DNA from: Selaginella moellendorffii
Taxonomy: Eukaryota > Plantae > Lycopodiophyta
NCBI RefSeq assembly: GCF_000143415.4
Contig: NW_003314365.1
Span: 263,902 to 327,901, forward strand
DNA: 64,000 bases
Direction: 5' to 3'
The translations under genes were made by a program, and so were the position numbers. The notes under the pieces were generated by a model. It was given only the letters and a program-made list of their open reading frames with translations, had not been told where the DNA came from and did not search any database. Position 1 is the stretch's first letter. Each line of letters starts with the position of its first letter. Shown here piece after piece: positions 9,089 to 19,545 of the stretch.

Positions 9089-12000
9089 GTGAAGATAGAT
9101 TTCTTTGTGACGAAGCTTACGGGCCATGCTTCTTCGTGGTGGAAGAACTACATCAAAGCTAATCCGACGCCGACTTCTTGGACTGATTTAACGAAGGTTT
9201 TCCGTTTTTCATTTGTCAAGAAGTTTGAAGAGGTTGATCTCGTGAACCAGCTATTAGAGATCCAGCAAGGGACTTTGTCTTTGGATGCGTATGCCCGCAA
9301 GTTTTGTTATCTTTTCCTTAGTCTCACGGGCACCTATAATGAGCTGCTAAAGGTGCAATGTTTCATCAAAGGATTGAGCTCAATGGATGTGCAGCAGAAG
9401 GTTAAGAAGGATTTTCCAGCAACATTGACTGATGCTATCACTAAGGCTTAGATCTTTTCGCCCAAACCGTCAGTCAACTTGGTCAACGCTGGTCCAAAGG
9501 ATGGTCTTCAGGGTGGTCAACGTGATGACCAACCCACCAATACTTCATCTTCAGGGAAGAAACAGCTGTTGTTTCGTCGTAGCTCGAAGAGTGGAGATGG
9601 CAATGAGGCAAAAAGACATTGGTTAAACCAGCGAGAGAAAGACAAGGTGGAGGGCAATTGTTTTCGTTGTCACAAGGCTGAACATCATGGCAAGGATTGT
9701 CCTTTTGTGAAGGGATCAAAGAATGCTAAGGTGAATGTGGTGGAATCCATCATGGATACAACTTAGGCATCTGCTGTGGTGGCTCTTCCACACCCTGTGG
9801 CAAAAATTCAAGAATCTAAGTCTCGAGTTCGTATAAACTCTGTAGAGATTAATGGTTCTATGCACAATCAACTTGTGAAGGCCAAGGGGAACATTCAAGG
9901 ACATGCTGTTAGTATTCTTTTCGATCCAGGTGCTACACACAACTTTTTGAGCTCCAAGGTGGTGAAGAAACTTGGTCTGCCTATGGAAAAGAGTTCAGTA
10001 ATCTATGAGGTGGTTATGGCAGATGGACATAGCACTCATGTTTACAGTGAATGGGCTCCGAGTGTTCCTTTGACGGTACAGGGGATTCTCGACCATCCTT
10101 CGTTCCAGGTTATGGATCTTGGTCGCACATATGTTATTTTTGGGAAGGAATGGTTTTATGACAAGAAGCCAGGGATCCATTGGGAGTGTAATGTTCTGTG
10201 TATCGAAGTTAGTGGCACTATAAAAGAGATTGTCGGGACAAACAATAGTGATACTCCATTGATTAACGCTTTGGAGTTGGTAACATGCTCGCATGAGATA
10301 GCTAGGTCTTTTGTGTTGTACCTGTTTCTTTCTAATTTGATCATGTTTGATTTGGAGTACATTTGCGGGCATGAGGCACAGGTGGATTCCATTCAGGAGG
10401 AGTTTCGTGACGTATTTCCGGATGAGTTACCTAATGGTTTGCCTCCAGAACGTGGAATTTAGCATGAGATTGATTTGGTTCCTGGAGCTACTCCTTTTCA
10501 GCGACAACCGACTCGTACTAGTCCTGTTGAAGATGAGGAGATTAATAGGCAACTTGCTAAATACCTTCAAAAAGTGTGGTTACGGATCAACAAGTCTCCT
10601 TGGGCTGCTCCAGTGGTGATGGTCAAAAAGAAAGATGGTACATGGCGTCTTTGTGTGAACTACAAGGGATTGAATGATAGAATAGTCAAGAATATGTTCC
10701 CGATCCCTCGTATCAATGATTTTCTCGATCATCTTTGTAGTGATATTTTTCGAAGATTGATTTGAGGCAAGGATATCATCAGATTTGTGTCAAGCCAGAG
10801 GATGTTCCGAAAATTGCATTTCAGACAAGGACAAGTCACTATGAGTTTTTAATGATGCCATTTGGTTTGACAAATGCTCTTACAACTTTTCAGAGATTGA
10901 TGAATCAAGTTCTACAACCTTACTTGGGAAAGTTTGCAATTGATTATTTTGATGATATCCTGGTATTCAGCTCTTCCGTGAAGGAATATGAGATGCATGT
11001 GCAAAGTGTTTTACAACTTTTGAGGGACAACAAGCTCTACTCGAAGTTATCCAAGTGCGAGTTTTTTTTAGAGGAGATTGGATATCTCGGGCATTTGATT
11101 TCAGTACATGGAGTGAGAGTTGATCCCGCAAAGATTCAGGCTGTGGTTGATTGGCCTATACCTTTGACAGTACATGATCTCCGTAGTTTCCTTGGTATGG
11201 TTGGAGTTTTTCGACGATTTGTGAAGGACTTTTCAGGGATAGCAGCCCCTTTAATTGATCTTCTCCAGAACACGTCAAAATATGCTACTATTCATAGTTG
11301 GGATGAGAAGTGTGAAATTGCCTTTCAACATTTGAAGCAATGTTATATCTCTGCTCTGGTGTTGAAGATTTTTGATCCTGAAAAGCCTCTTGTGGTCAAG
11401 ACAGATGCTAGTGACATTGCTATTGGAGCCGTATTGCTTCAAGGTGGGCATCCTCTTGCGTACATGAGCCATAAGTTTGATGCCACACAGCAGAATTGGC
11501 CTACTCAAGACAAGGAGTTGTATGCTGTGATTGCTGCTGTGAAGGAATGGCAACATTATCTATATGGATCGAACTTCCATGTGGATTTAGACCATCAGTC
11601 TCTCCAATATTTCAGTCGACAAAAGGATCTTCGAGGCCACCTTGCTCGTTGGCAAGAGTTCCTGCAAGAAATGTCTGTTAAGATCCGGTACAAACATGGA
11701 GGTGACAATAAGGTGGCTGATGCATTATCCAGGATGGTAAATTCTATCTCGTTCGTGAAGCTATCCAGCGATCTCTTGGATGAGCTTAAGGAGTTTGCTG
11801 ACTTCGACTCATTTATCATTGATATTCGCGCGAAGGTTTTGTTGAGGGATGCCTCTACGGATTTGAAGGGTGACAAGTTCACGTCATTCGAAATACGAGA
11901 TGGAATTCTAATGAAGAAGGGACGTGTAATGGTTCCTCGTGTTGACAAACGCATCAAATGGATTTTGGTTGAGTGTCATGATGTGCCAAGTGCTGGGCAT

Positions 12001-13257
12001 CCGAGGGTATTGAGAACGTATATGTTGGTGAAGAGGCATTTCTTTTGGCCTGGGATGAAGTCAGATGTTGAGAAGTACGTACGTGGTTGTTTGACCTGCC
12101 AGGCGGTCAAAGTTGATCATCAGAATCTCGCTGGCCTCTATCATCCTTTACGTGTACCCGAAAATAAGTGGGATAGCATCTCAATGGACTTTATCACTGG
12201 TTTGCCCAAAACCTTTCGAGGAAATGATGCTATTTGGGTTATTGTGGATCGTTTGACGAAGATGGCTCACTTCTTCCCTGTGAAGACAACAATAAAAGCT
12301 TTTGAACTTGCTCAAATGTTTGTAGACCGGTTATTCAGTCTCTATGGTTTGCCGGGTGACATTGTGAGTGATTGGGATCCTAAGATCACGTCCAAGTTTT
12401 GGCAAACGATCTTTGAGAAACTAGAGACTAAACTGAGCATGAGTAGTGGTGAGCATCCACAATCTGATAGGCAAACAGAGCGCATGAATCAGCTATTAGA
12501 AGATATGCTACGATCTTTTGTGGGAAACTTGACTCGATAGGGAGTATGGGAGAAATACTTGCCTTTGCTTCAGTTTGCTCACAATAGCGCTCATCAATCA
12601 GCTATTGGCATGTCTCCCTTTATGGTGATGTATGGCTATGAGCCTAGGTCTCCTGTGAGTTTGAATTTGGCTTTGGTTCGGGTTCCTCATGCTTATGATT
12701 TCCTGGAGAATATGCAAGACAAGCTTGAGTTGGCAAAAGTGAACATGAGGCAAGCTCAAGAGCGAGACAAAAGATTGGCTGATGAATATTGTCGTCATCA
12801 AGAGTACAAAGTTGGTGACAAGATTTTCCTTAAGCTGTTAAATGCACAATGGTCTCTGAAAGGAGGTGGCAGTGCTAAGTTGTCTCCACGGTATTGTGGG
12901 CCTTGGACAATTTTACAGCATGTGGGGGATATTGTGTACACTTTGGACTTGCCAGTTAGTTTGAATATTCATCCAATGTTCTATATGAACAAGCTTAAAG
13001 CGTGTTTGCACTCTGCTCATATTGTGGATCAGTCCATCATCCAGGTTCTAGAGATTGATGTAGAGAAGGCTGGTCCGGCCAATATTCTTGCTCAAAGATT
13101 GGTGAAAACACGCCGGAAAACAACTAGGGAGTTGTTAGTTTAGTGGAATGGTTATTCCATGGACGAAGCTATATGGGAAACTAAGGATGACGTGAAGAGA
13201 GTGTTTCCGAGTTTTGGTTATGACTTGGATGACATTCCTGAGGAAGGGGAGAATTGA
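9089..13257 (+). pseudogene. gag-pol polyprotein remnant: retrotrans_gag, CCHC knuckle, aspartic protease, RT, RNase H, integrase, chromodomain
   Basis: CFRCHKAEHHGKDC; ILFDPGATHNF; MPFGLTNA and YFDD; TDASD; H..P..GH...CLTC; ISMDFITGLP; QTERMN; ELLV*WNGYSMDEAIWE. Several in-frame stops and frameshifts. Confidence 0.95.
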
Positions 13258-13505
13258 GTTCTATACCCGTATTGCTATATGATTTGAGCCATTTGTTCTA
13301 TTCTCATTCTCTTGTTTTCCATGACTGTATTGTCATGTGAGAAAGCCGTATTGCTTTCTTTCTTTTGTGGCCGTTTGTCGTGACGTTGGTGTTGCCATTT
13401 GCACATCTTTTCTCCATGGCTGTATTGCCTTGGACTCCCTTCATGTGAGGCTTGTTTAGCTTCTTGAGGCTGCCGTATGTGGCTAGGTCATGAGGGAAGG
13501 GAGAA

Positions 13506-13617
13506 TGACACAAACCACAGGAATATTCCAAGAATATTCTATGGCTTGTGGGATTTAAGGCCGTAATGCCTTAAGGGTTGGGAGGTTGGCCTAGGGTTCG
13601 CACTCTTGTTCGTTTCA
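13506..13617 (+). repeat. 3' LTR (112 bp)
   Basis: Direct repeat of 8745-8856, followed by TSD GTGAG. Confidence 0.97.
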
Positions 13618-14489
13618 GTGAGCCAATCGTCATGCCTCCCAGCTCACCAAAGCTGCCAATGTGATCGATTGCCTTCTGGAACACCTTGGAGTTAAACGTG
13701 ATCCCGTTGCTCACTCCCCCAAAATTGGCAATGGAGAAAACATGCAGCCATGCCATCGGTAGCCCTGGGACCAGCCTACTCTCCACACTGTTGCATCCCT
13801 AGATAGTAGGCGAGCAATCACCTGGTAGGAACAGTGATGGCAATGCATTCTTCACAGTGCTTTCTTCACTTGACAGTCAACACTTTGCATGTGACATGTG
13901 TTGCAGTGCCTTCCTCTCCCGCCCCATGCAGTTTGGCTGCCTCCCATTGGCTATTAGCAAATATCAGTGTGATTTTATAGTTACCCCCCATCGGACGGCT
14001 ATAATTGGCTGGATCCGGCAGCCCAAAAAGTTCAGTAAATGATAGATACATATATATCTATAATAATAAGAATGATGGGCCCAGACCGCCCCAGCCGTCT
14101 GATTCAGGGCCCGGGGCAGCCTCAGAAGCCATGGTTCTTGGGAAGGGGAGGTCACCCCAGGCCCAAGCCAAGATCGGTGGCCATGGTGGGCAGGATGCAT
14201 GTGTGGCTGTGAAGGGAAGAGGGTGTGGTGACAGTTGTTATACCATGCACTCCTAGGGCTCCATGGCTGCTCTACAATGCAGTTATGTGGGCATTCCCGT
14301 GAGAGTCCATGTGTTTGTAAGCTCCTAGAGGAGGTGCTCACAGGGATAATAGGGGCAAGTAGAATGATAGTCGGGGGCTGGTGAGGGAGTGCACCAGAAA
14401 TGAAGAGCTGGGCTATGCTTGAATCCTAGAGCTAACTAGCACCATGGCAGCAGGTGTGGGTGATGCAAGGTATATAAGTGACCTGAAGG

Positions 14490-14600
14490 TGTGTGCAACC
14501 TGAAGGTGTCGAGGGAGTTCTTTGAGCTGTCAAAGGAGGGGAAGCTGAAGAAGCTGAAGTATGCTGCCAATGATCCTCCAGCATCCACTCGAAGAGCATA
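14490..14600 (+). pseudogene. Fragment resembling the 2-oxoglutarate/Fe(II) dioxygenase N-terminal (DIOX_N) domain
   Basis: LKVSREFFELSKEGKLKK resembles the DIOX_N 'REFFxLPxEEKxK' motif. Confidence 0.5.
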
Positions 14601-14626
14601 AGAGCCAAGGCTACATGGCGATGATC

Positions 14627-14970
14627 TCATTCCAAGTCATGGCATTGCATCCCGCACTGGCTGCCAAGTCGAAAACTTTGCGAGCTTCCACCATGCAGCC
14701 CCAGCAAAGAATTCATGACAACCACCTCAGCTTCCATCTCAGCATGACAGATCTGCTGGTGGATGGCCCTTCCAGTCTCCACAGCCATGGAGCTCCCACA
14801 GGCCCGGAGCAGTGCAGCGTAAGTTGGAGGGTCAGGTACCAGGCCTTGGACTTGCTGCATCCACGAGAAGAGATCCAGCACAGCTGGTGCTTGCTCTGCC
14901 TGGACATATGTGAGCATTAACATCATCCCAAGACAATGTCATGCCTCTCCATCCGGTCAAAGACTCTACA
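14627..14970 (-). pseudogene. PLS-PPR gene fragment, antisense within the Helitron-like element
   Basis: RVFDRMERHDIVSW ... LDLFSWMQQVQGLVPDPPTYAALLRACGSSMAVETGRAIHQQI; frameshifted and truncated. Confidence 0.85.
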
Positions 14971-15035
14971 TCCACCTCCTTGTAAACCACCCAGCATTTG
15001 CTGGGCAAGTACTTCTGTAAGTATGGCAAGAAAGA

Positions 15036-17158
15036 GTGTTTACGTGGCAACAAAAATTAGCCAAGCTATATACCCAAGAGAGTTTAGGGTTTAGGTCGAG
15101 GAGCGTGGCTGCGAGGGTCTTGGCACGGCATCCAGGTGCATTTCCAAATCCATGGCGGCTCCTCCAGCAATCCTTCCATGCCGCAACGCTCCAGGTGTGT
15201 CGCAGCACCAGGGATGTAGAAACCGGGAGGAGGATCCACGCTACCACGGGGATTTCCAGCATTGCCGTTCCCAGCGCCTTAATCCGCATTTGTGCTCGAT
15301 GTGGCAACATGGTAGAAGCTCACAGCGCTTTGCATTCCATGTCCGGAGCATTGCTGCGTGGTGTGGATCCCTGGATGCTGGGATACATTAGTCCGGGTCT
15401 AGAACCTCTCACAGGCATGGAAGGAATATATCTTGCTGCTGCCAAGGCTTGCTCGCGTTTCGCCGAAAGCTCCCCCAAGCAAGATGCAGGCTGGTGGATG
15501 GAAACTGGGATGAGGGTCTACTCCGGAGCAGCGGCAAAGGGATTCATCGACTCGGACATCAAAGTCGCGAATGCGGTGATGGAGATGCTTGCCAAGCTCG
15601 GCTCCACGGTGGAAGCTCGCAGAGTTTTCGATAGGATGGCGATCCATAGCTGCGTCTCCTGGACAGTGCTGATGCTGGGATACGTCGAGAACGACGAGGC
15701 GGGGCTGGCTTTGCTGTGCTTCGATCGCATGAAGATGGAAAGCTCGTGCTCACCCGACGCTAGAGTTTTTGTGGCGGCTCTCAAGGCGTGCTCGGGCATT
15801 GCTTCCAAGGAGGAGGCTTTTGAGGAGATTGGCGGAAAGGCCGTGAAGCTGAGGTGTTTGGAGAGAGGGATGGCGATTCACTCGCAGGCTGTGGAGCTCG
15901 GATGCAACCAGGCCAACAAGTTTGTAGCGAGCTCGCTGGTGGATATGTACTCCAACTGTGGAAGTTTGCTCGACGCTCGGATGGTTTTCGACAAGAGTTT
16001 CGTGCTCTTTCTCGACGACGTCGTGCTCTGGAACGCAATGCTCCATGCGTACGTGGAGAATGGAGAGCCCGAGATGGCCGTCCGAGTCTTCGATTCCATG
16101 CGACGGCTCAAAACTGCGCTGCTCCAAACACTCGGACTTACTCCACGGTTCTCAAGGCCTGCTCGAGCTTGGCGAGTGAAGAGGAAGGCCAGACGCTAGA
16201 AACAGGAGGAGTTGTCAAGCTTTCCTCGCTGGAGAGAGGCATGGCTCTCCACTCGGAGGTGTCGAGCCGGGGATTTCAAATGGACAGCTTCGTTGCCAGT
16301 ACGCTCGTGAGCATGTACGCGAGCTGTGGAAGCATGGTGGACGCTCGCAGAGTCTTCGATCGCTTGCTCAACCGGAACGTCTTCTCGTGGACAGTTTTGG
16401 CGCTCGGCTACGCCTCAAGCGGGGAAGAGACCTCGGCACTCCACTGCTTGGAGCTCATGAGAGACGAAGGCCTGGTTCCCGAGAGCCCGACTTTCGTCGC
16501 CGCTCTCAAAGCTTGCCAGAGCCTGGACGCAACTCTAGCAGTTCACGAAAAGATCAACAGGTATGGAGCGCTCGTCCACTTCGATTCTCCGCTCGCCACC
16601 TCGATCATCGATGTCTATGGAAGATACGGCGAGGTGGCGAAAGCCCAGCAAGTTTTCGACTCGCTCCCATCGTCCAGGAGCGGGAAAGCAACTTGGACCG
16701 CGCTGCTCGCTGGATTGAGCCGCAGCGGCGAGAGCGATCGAGCCTTGGAGCTCTTCGAGAGGATCCTGGGCGAAGGCGTGGATCCAGACGCGACCACCTT
16801 GCAGTGTGTGCTGAGCTCTTGCAGCCACTCTGGCCGGATCCAAGCCGGGAGGAAGCTCTTCGACACGATGGAGCAAAAGTTTGGGATCCAGCCGTGCGTG
16901 GAGCACTACATTTGCGTGGTGGATCTGCTGTGCCGCGCGAATGACCTCCAGGCCGCGGTGGAGCTCCTCAGATCGATGCCTTTCAAGCCGACTGCGGTGG
17001 GATGGACGATCCTCCTCGCGGGGTGTGAGAAGTGGACGAACTTGGAGATTGGGCGAGTGGCATTCGAGGCGCTGCTGGGAATGGAAGAGACGAGAGATGG
17101 ATCGAGCTATGCCTACGTACTCATGGAGAACATTTACAAGCAAAGAGATCAAACTTAA
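15036..17158 (+). pseudogene. PLS-class PPR protein with E domain, frameshifted near 16100-16110 (pseudogene or sequence error); start uncertain
   Basis: PPR motifs run in frame 15036..~16100 (ARRVFDRM..VSWTVLMLGY) and continue in the 15854..17158 frame (PNTRTYSTVLKAC; EHYICVVDLLCRA; MPFKPTAVGWTILLAGC). No intron signals at the switch. Confidence 0.88.
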
Positions 17159-17288
17159 AACTATGGAATAACTTAAAGGAATATACTGTAGAATAATCTT
17201 AACTTGAGAGGATATACTATGGAATAATCTCATAGACCATAAACCCTAAACTTAACTTCGTTTTAAATGGTTTAAGAACAATGGGGCG

Positions 17289-17561
17289 ATGTCACTTTTG
17301 TCAAAGAAATGGAATATCATCGCCCTCTTCTCTGGATCGCTCGATCGATCGTCAATCGCAATCGATGACCAGCACCATGACGAGCAAGGCGAGGAGGAGG
17401 ACGAGGAGCGCATCAAGCGCTTGGGACGGCTCCTCCGGTCGTGCACCGCCGCCAGGGACATCTCCGCTGGCCGCCGCGTCGACCACAGCATCGCCAATCA
17501 CCGCCGCCCGCCTCCCACAATCCTCTCCAATCTCCTGGTATATATAAACCCTCCAATGTGA
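17289..17561 (+). pseudogene. Truncated N-terminus of a PLS-PPR gene
   Basis: LGRLLRSCTAARDISAGRRVDHSI...ILSNLLV is a typical first L-motif; the sequence stops abruptly after it. Confidence 0.55.
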
Positions 17562-17599
17562 AAGGACCTCGACTAATTATAGAGTCACAGTTTAGGGTT
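17539..17599 (+). promoter_or_regulatory. TATA box and telo-box upstream of the REase-like ORF
   Basis: TATATATAAA at 17539-17548 and TTTAGGGTT at 17591-17599; ATG at 17625. Confidence 0.5.
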
Positions 17600-17624
17600 C
17601 ACCTTATTGTCGTTAGCAAGAGCG

Positions 17625-18662
17625 ATGGCGCGGAGGACGCAGACGGGTAATACATATCTGATGGCTCGTCTGAGGGCGAAAGCTTTACTCACCGCTGCTC
17701 AGGGGGACGCTCTCGACTGCAACCCCAAAGAGTTTGTTTACAAGGGGCAGATCAGCACGCTCAAATCATTTGAGGGGATCTGTGAGGCTCAAAAGGCCAA
17801 GCTCTCAGTTTCAGACACTGGTGTCAGCTGGAAAGCAGGAATGAGCTTCCGCCTGGAGGATAAAGTCTGCTACGTAGAAGACGTGGTGACGCCCATCCTC
17901 GCTGCAACCCTCGACCGCCTGGGCGAACACTACCTCACCGACGACACCATGCTCCATCTTGGCACACCAATCAAGCTGAATCCATCCGGCAGCAGGGCAG
18001 TGGGAGCTATCTTCCATATCGCATTGGCTGATCCAGACGAGGGAGAGGGAGAGGAATTCAACTCGGACGACGACTCGGTTGGCTTCATCGTGTTTGGAGT
18101 GGCTCGGACCCTGCCCGAATTGCTGGAGGCTTGCAATGAGCTGCTGGCCGCCAACCCAGCCGTTCGCATTGTGCTGGGAGTGAAGCAGTACGAGATGAAA
18201 ACCGAGCAGCTGGTGGCGATCCGCAGCTGCAAGCAGGGCGATGGCACAGTTGAGAAGAAGGCCGTGAGTTTTGGATCCAAGGCGCTGGACCCGTCGACTG
18301 TGCTACTACTCGAGAGGGACGGAGCTCAAGTTTCGGGTGTTGGGCTGGGAGGGGTGGCGTGTGATAGGATTGGGTTGGAGGATTACCAGATGGAGCTGCC
18401 GCCAGCGGATGTGGTGGTTGATCTCTATCACCTGCAGCGATTGCTTGATGGTGTGACGAACAAGGCACCGGAGCCTGTCTGGAATGACTTAGGCTACGAG
18501 CTCACTCTAACCGAGGAGCAGCAGCGGGCATGGTGTGAGGAGCGTGAACGGCTATTTGCGGAAATGCGGGAGCGTAACAAAGATGTGGAGGACCCCTGTA
18601 AGAAGAAGCCCAAGTCCAAGAGCACGTCCAAGAGCAAGACTAAGCGTAAGCGTTTAGCCTGA
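17625..18662 (+). CDS. Intronless Crinkler-like/Uma2-type PD-(D/E)xK restriction-endonuclease-fold protein, probably catalytically altered, with a C-terminal basic NLS-like tail (345 aa)
   Basis: Open 345 codons. FIVFGVARTLPELLEACNELL....VRIVLGVK and VSFGSKAL...VSGVGLGGVAC...YQMELP..VVVDLYHLQ match by eye the C-terminal half of fungal Crinkler-like REases. Tail is KKKPKSKSTSKSKTKRKR. Confidence 0.6.
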   Translation: MARRTQTGNTYLMARLRAKALLTAAQGDALDCNPKEFVYKGQISTLKSFEGICEAQKAKLSVSDTGVSWKAGMSFRLEDKVCYVEDVVTPILAATLDRLGEHYLTDDTMLHLGTPIKLNPSGSRAVGAIFHIALADPDEGEGEEFNSDDDSVGFIVFGVARTLPELLEACNELLAANPAVRIVLGVKQYEMKTEQLVAIRSCKQGDGTVEKKAVSFGSKALDPSTVLLLERDGAQVSGVGLGGVACDRIGLEDYQMELPPADVVVDLYHLQRLLDGVTNKAPEPVWNDLGYELTLTEEQQRAWCEERERLFAEMRERNKDVEDPCKKKPKSKSTSKSKTKRKRLA

Positions 18663-18954
18663 GAGTTTATTTAGCGCATTTCTTACATCTAGATGGTAAT
18701 TTGTTTTGTGCTTGATAAGCAGTTAGTCAATTCATGTCAATAAAAAGTCAATATAGTCAGTGCAAGTCTTCAAAACCTGTTTACTTTCATTGACTGCCAA
18801 AGCCGATCGCCAAGAAGAAGCTCCGCAAGTTTGTTGGTATGTTTGCTGCACAATCTTGTTCTTCAAACTCTATTCTTCCGCTAGGATTTATAAGTAAATT
18901 ATTTCTAAGGCCGTTTAGATTATTAATATATTTGATGACAGAATCTACTCATTC

Positions 18955-19545
18955 TTAGAATCTGGCGTCTTTTGATTCGTACCACGTTTCGTAGCAGTCG
19001 CTGGTTGTGTAGACGAAGATCTGGCCTTGGTTTGGGTGATGAACAGCCATTCTCGCCCTCATCGGTGGATCTTCACGTTTAATCACTTCAACAATATGAA
19101 TTCTTTTGGAAGGAACAGCCATTTGTTCTTTCCATGGCTCCAACTGTACTCCACGAAACTTGGAGATAATGTCTATTACTCCCTTTGCCGCCAGTTTTGA
19201 GCTCTTGATCGTCACCTTCTTGAGCTTGTGATCCACGCGAACCTCGTCTATGCCTGATTGAATCTATTCTATGAATTTTACATAATGTTTTTGGTGTACG
19301 TACCTCGGATGGCTTCCAGTTTGGCTTTGATAGTCTTTGCATTAGCCTCGCAACACACTTCCCCCAATCTGAAATGCATTGTTACCTGTGCACGGAAGTT
19401 TTTTCGTACGGAAATGGTGACAAGACAAAAGTACGGGTGGAACTTTATCACGCACTGTTACCTTGGGCTGATCATCCCAATCCTCATCCACATTCTCTTT
19501 TCCGCGGCTAAATGCTTCCTCCTCGTCGATCTTGTCAACAGCCAT
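18955..19545 (-). CDS. Heavy-metal-associated (HMA) domain protein, 3 exons
   Basis: GT-AG splicing gives ...QPK|VTMHFRLGEVCCEANAKTIKAKLEAIR|GIDEVRVDHKLKKVTIKSS. Confidence 0.75.

Larger units (their letters stand above)
8745..13617 (+). mobile_element. Full-length, decayed Ty3/Gypsy chromovirus LTR retrotransposon
   Basis: 112-bp LTRs TG...CA at 8745-8856 and 13506-13617. TSD GTGAG at 8740-8744 and 13618-13622. PBS TGGTATTGGAGC (tRNA-iMet-like, 8858-8869). PPT GAGGGAAGGGAGAA before the 3' LTR. Domain order gag-PR-RT-RH-IN-chromo. Confidence 0.97.
14057..15013 (+). mobile_element. Non-autonomous Helitron-like element (~960 bp) carrying captured gene fragments
   Basis: 5' A|TCTATAATAATAAGAATG. 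Perfect 3' hairpin CCCAGCA-TT-TGCTGGG (14990-15005) then CAAGTACT; the terminal RR is not canonical. The 5' part is homologous to 5225-5570. Confidence 0.7.

Noticed and set aside
5225-14430. Single giant TIR element bounded by the inverted repeats at 5225-5570 and 14040-14430
   Set aside because: The repeats carry Helitron-like TC 5' starts on their inner sides and I found no TSD; better read as two copies in opposite orientation.
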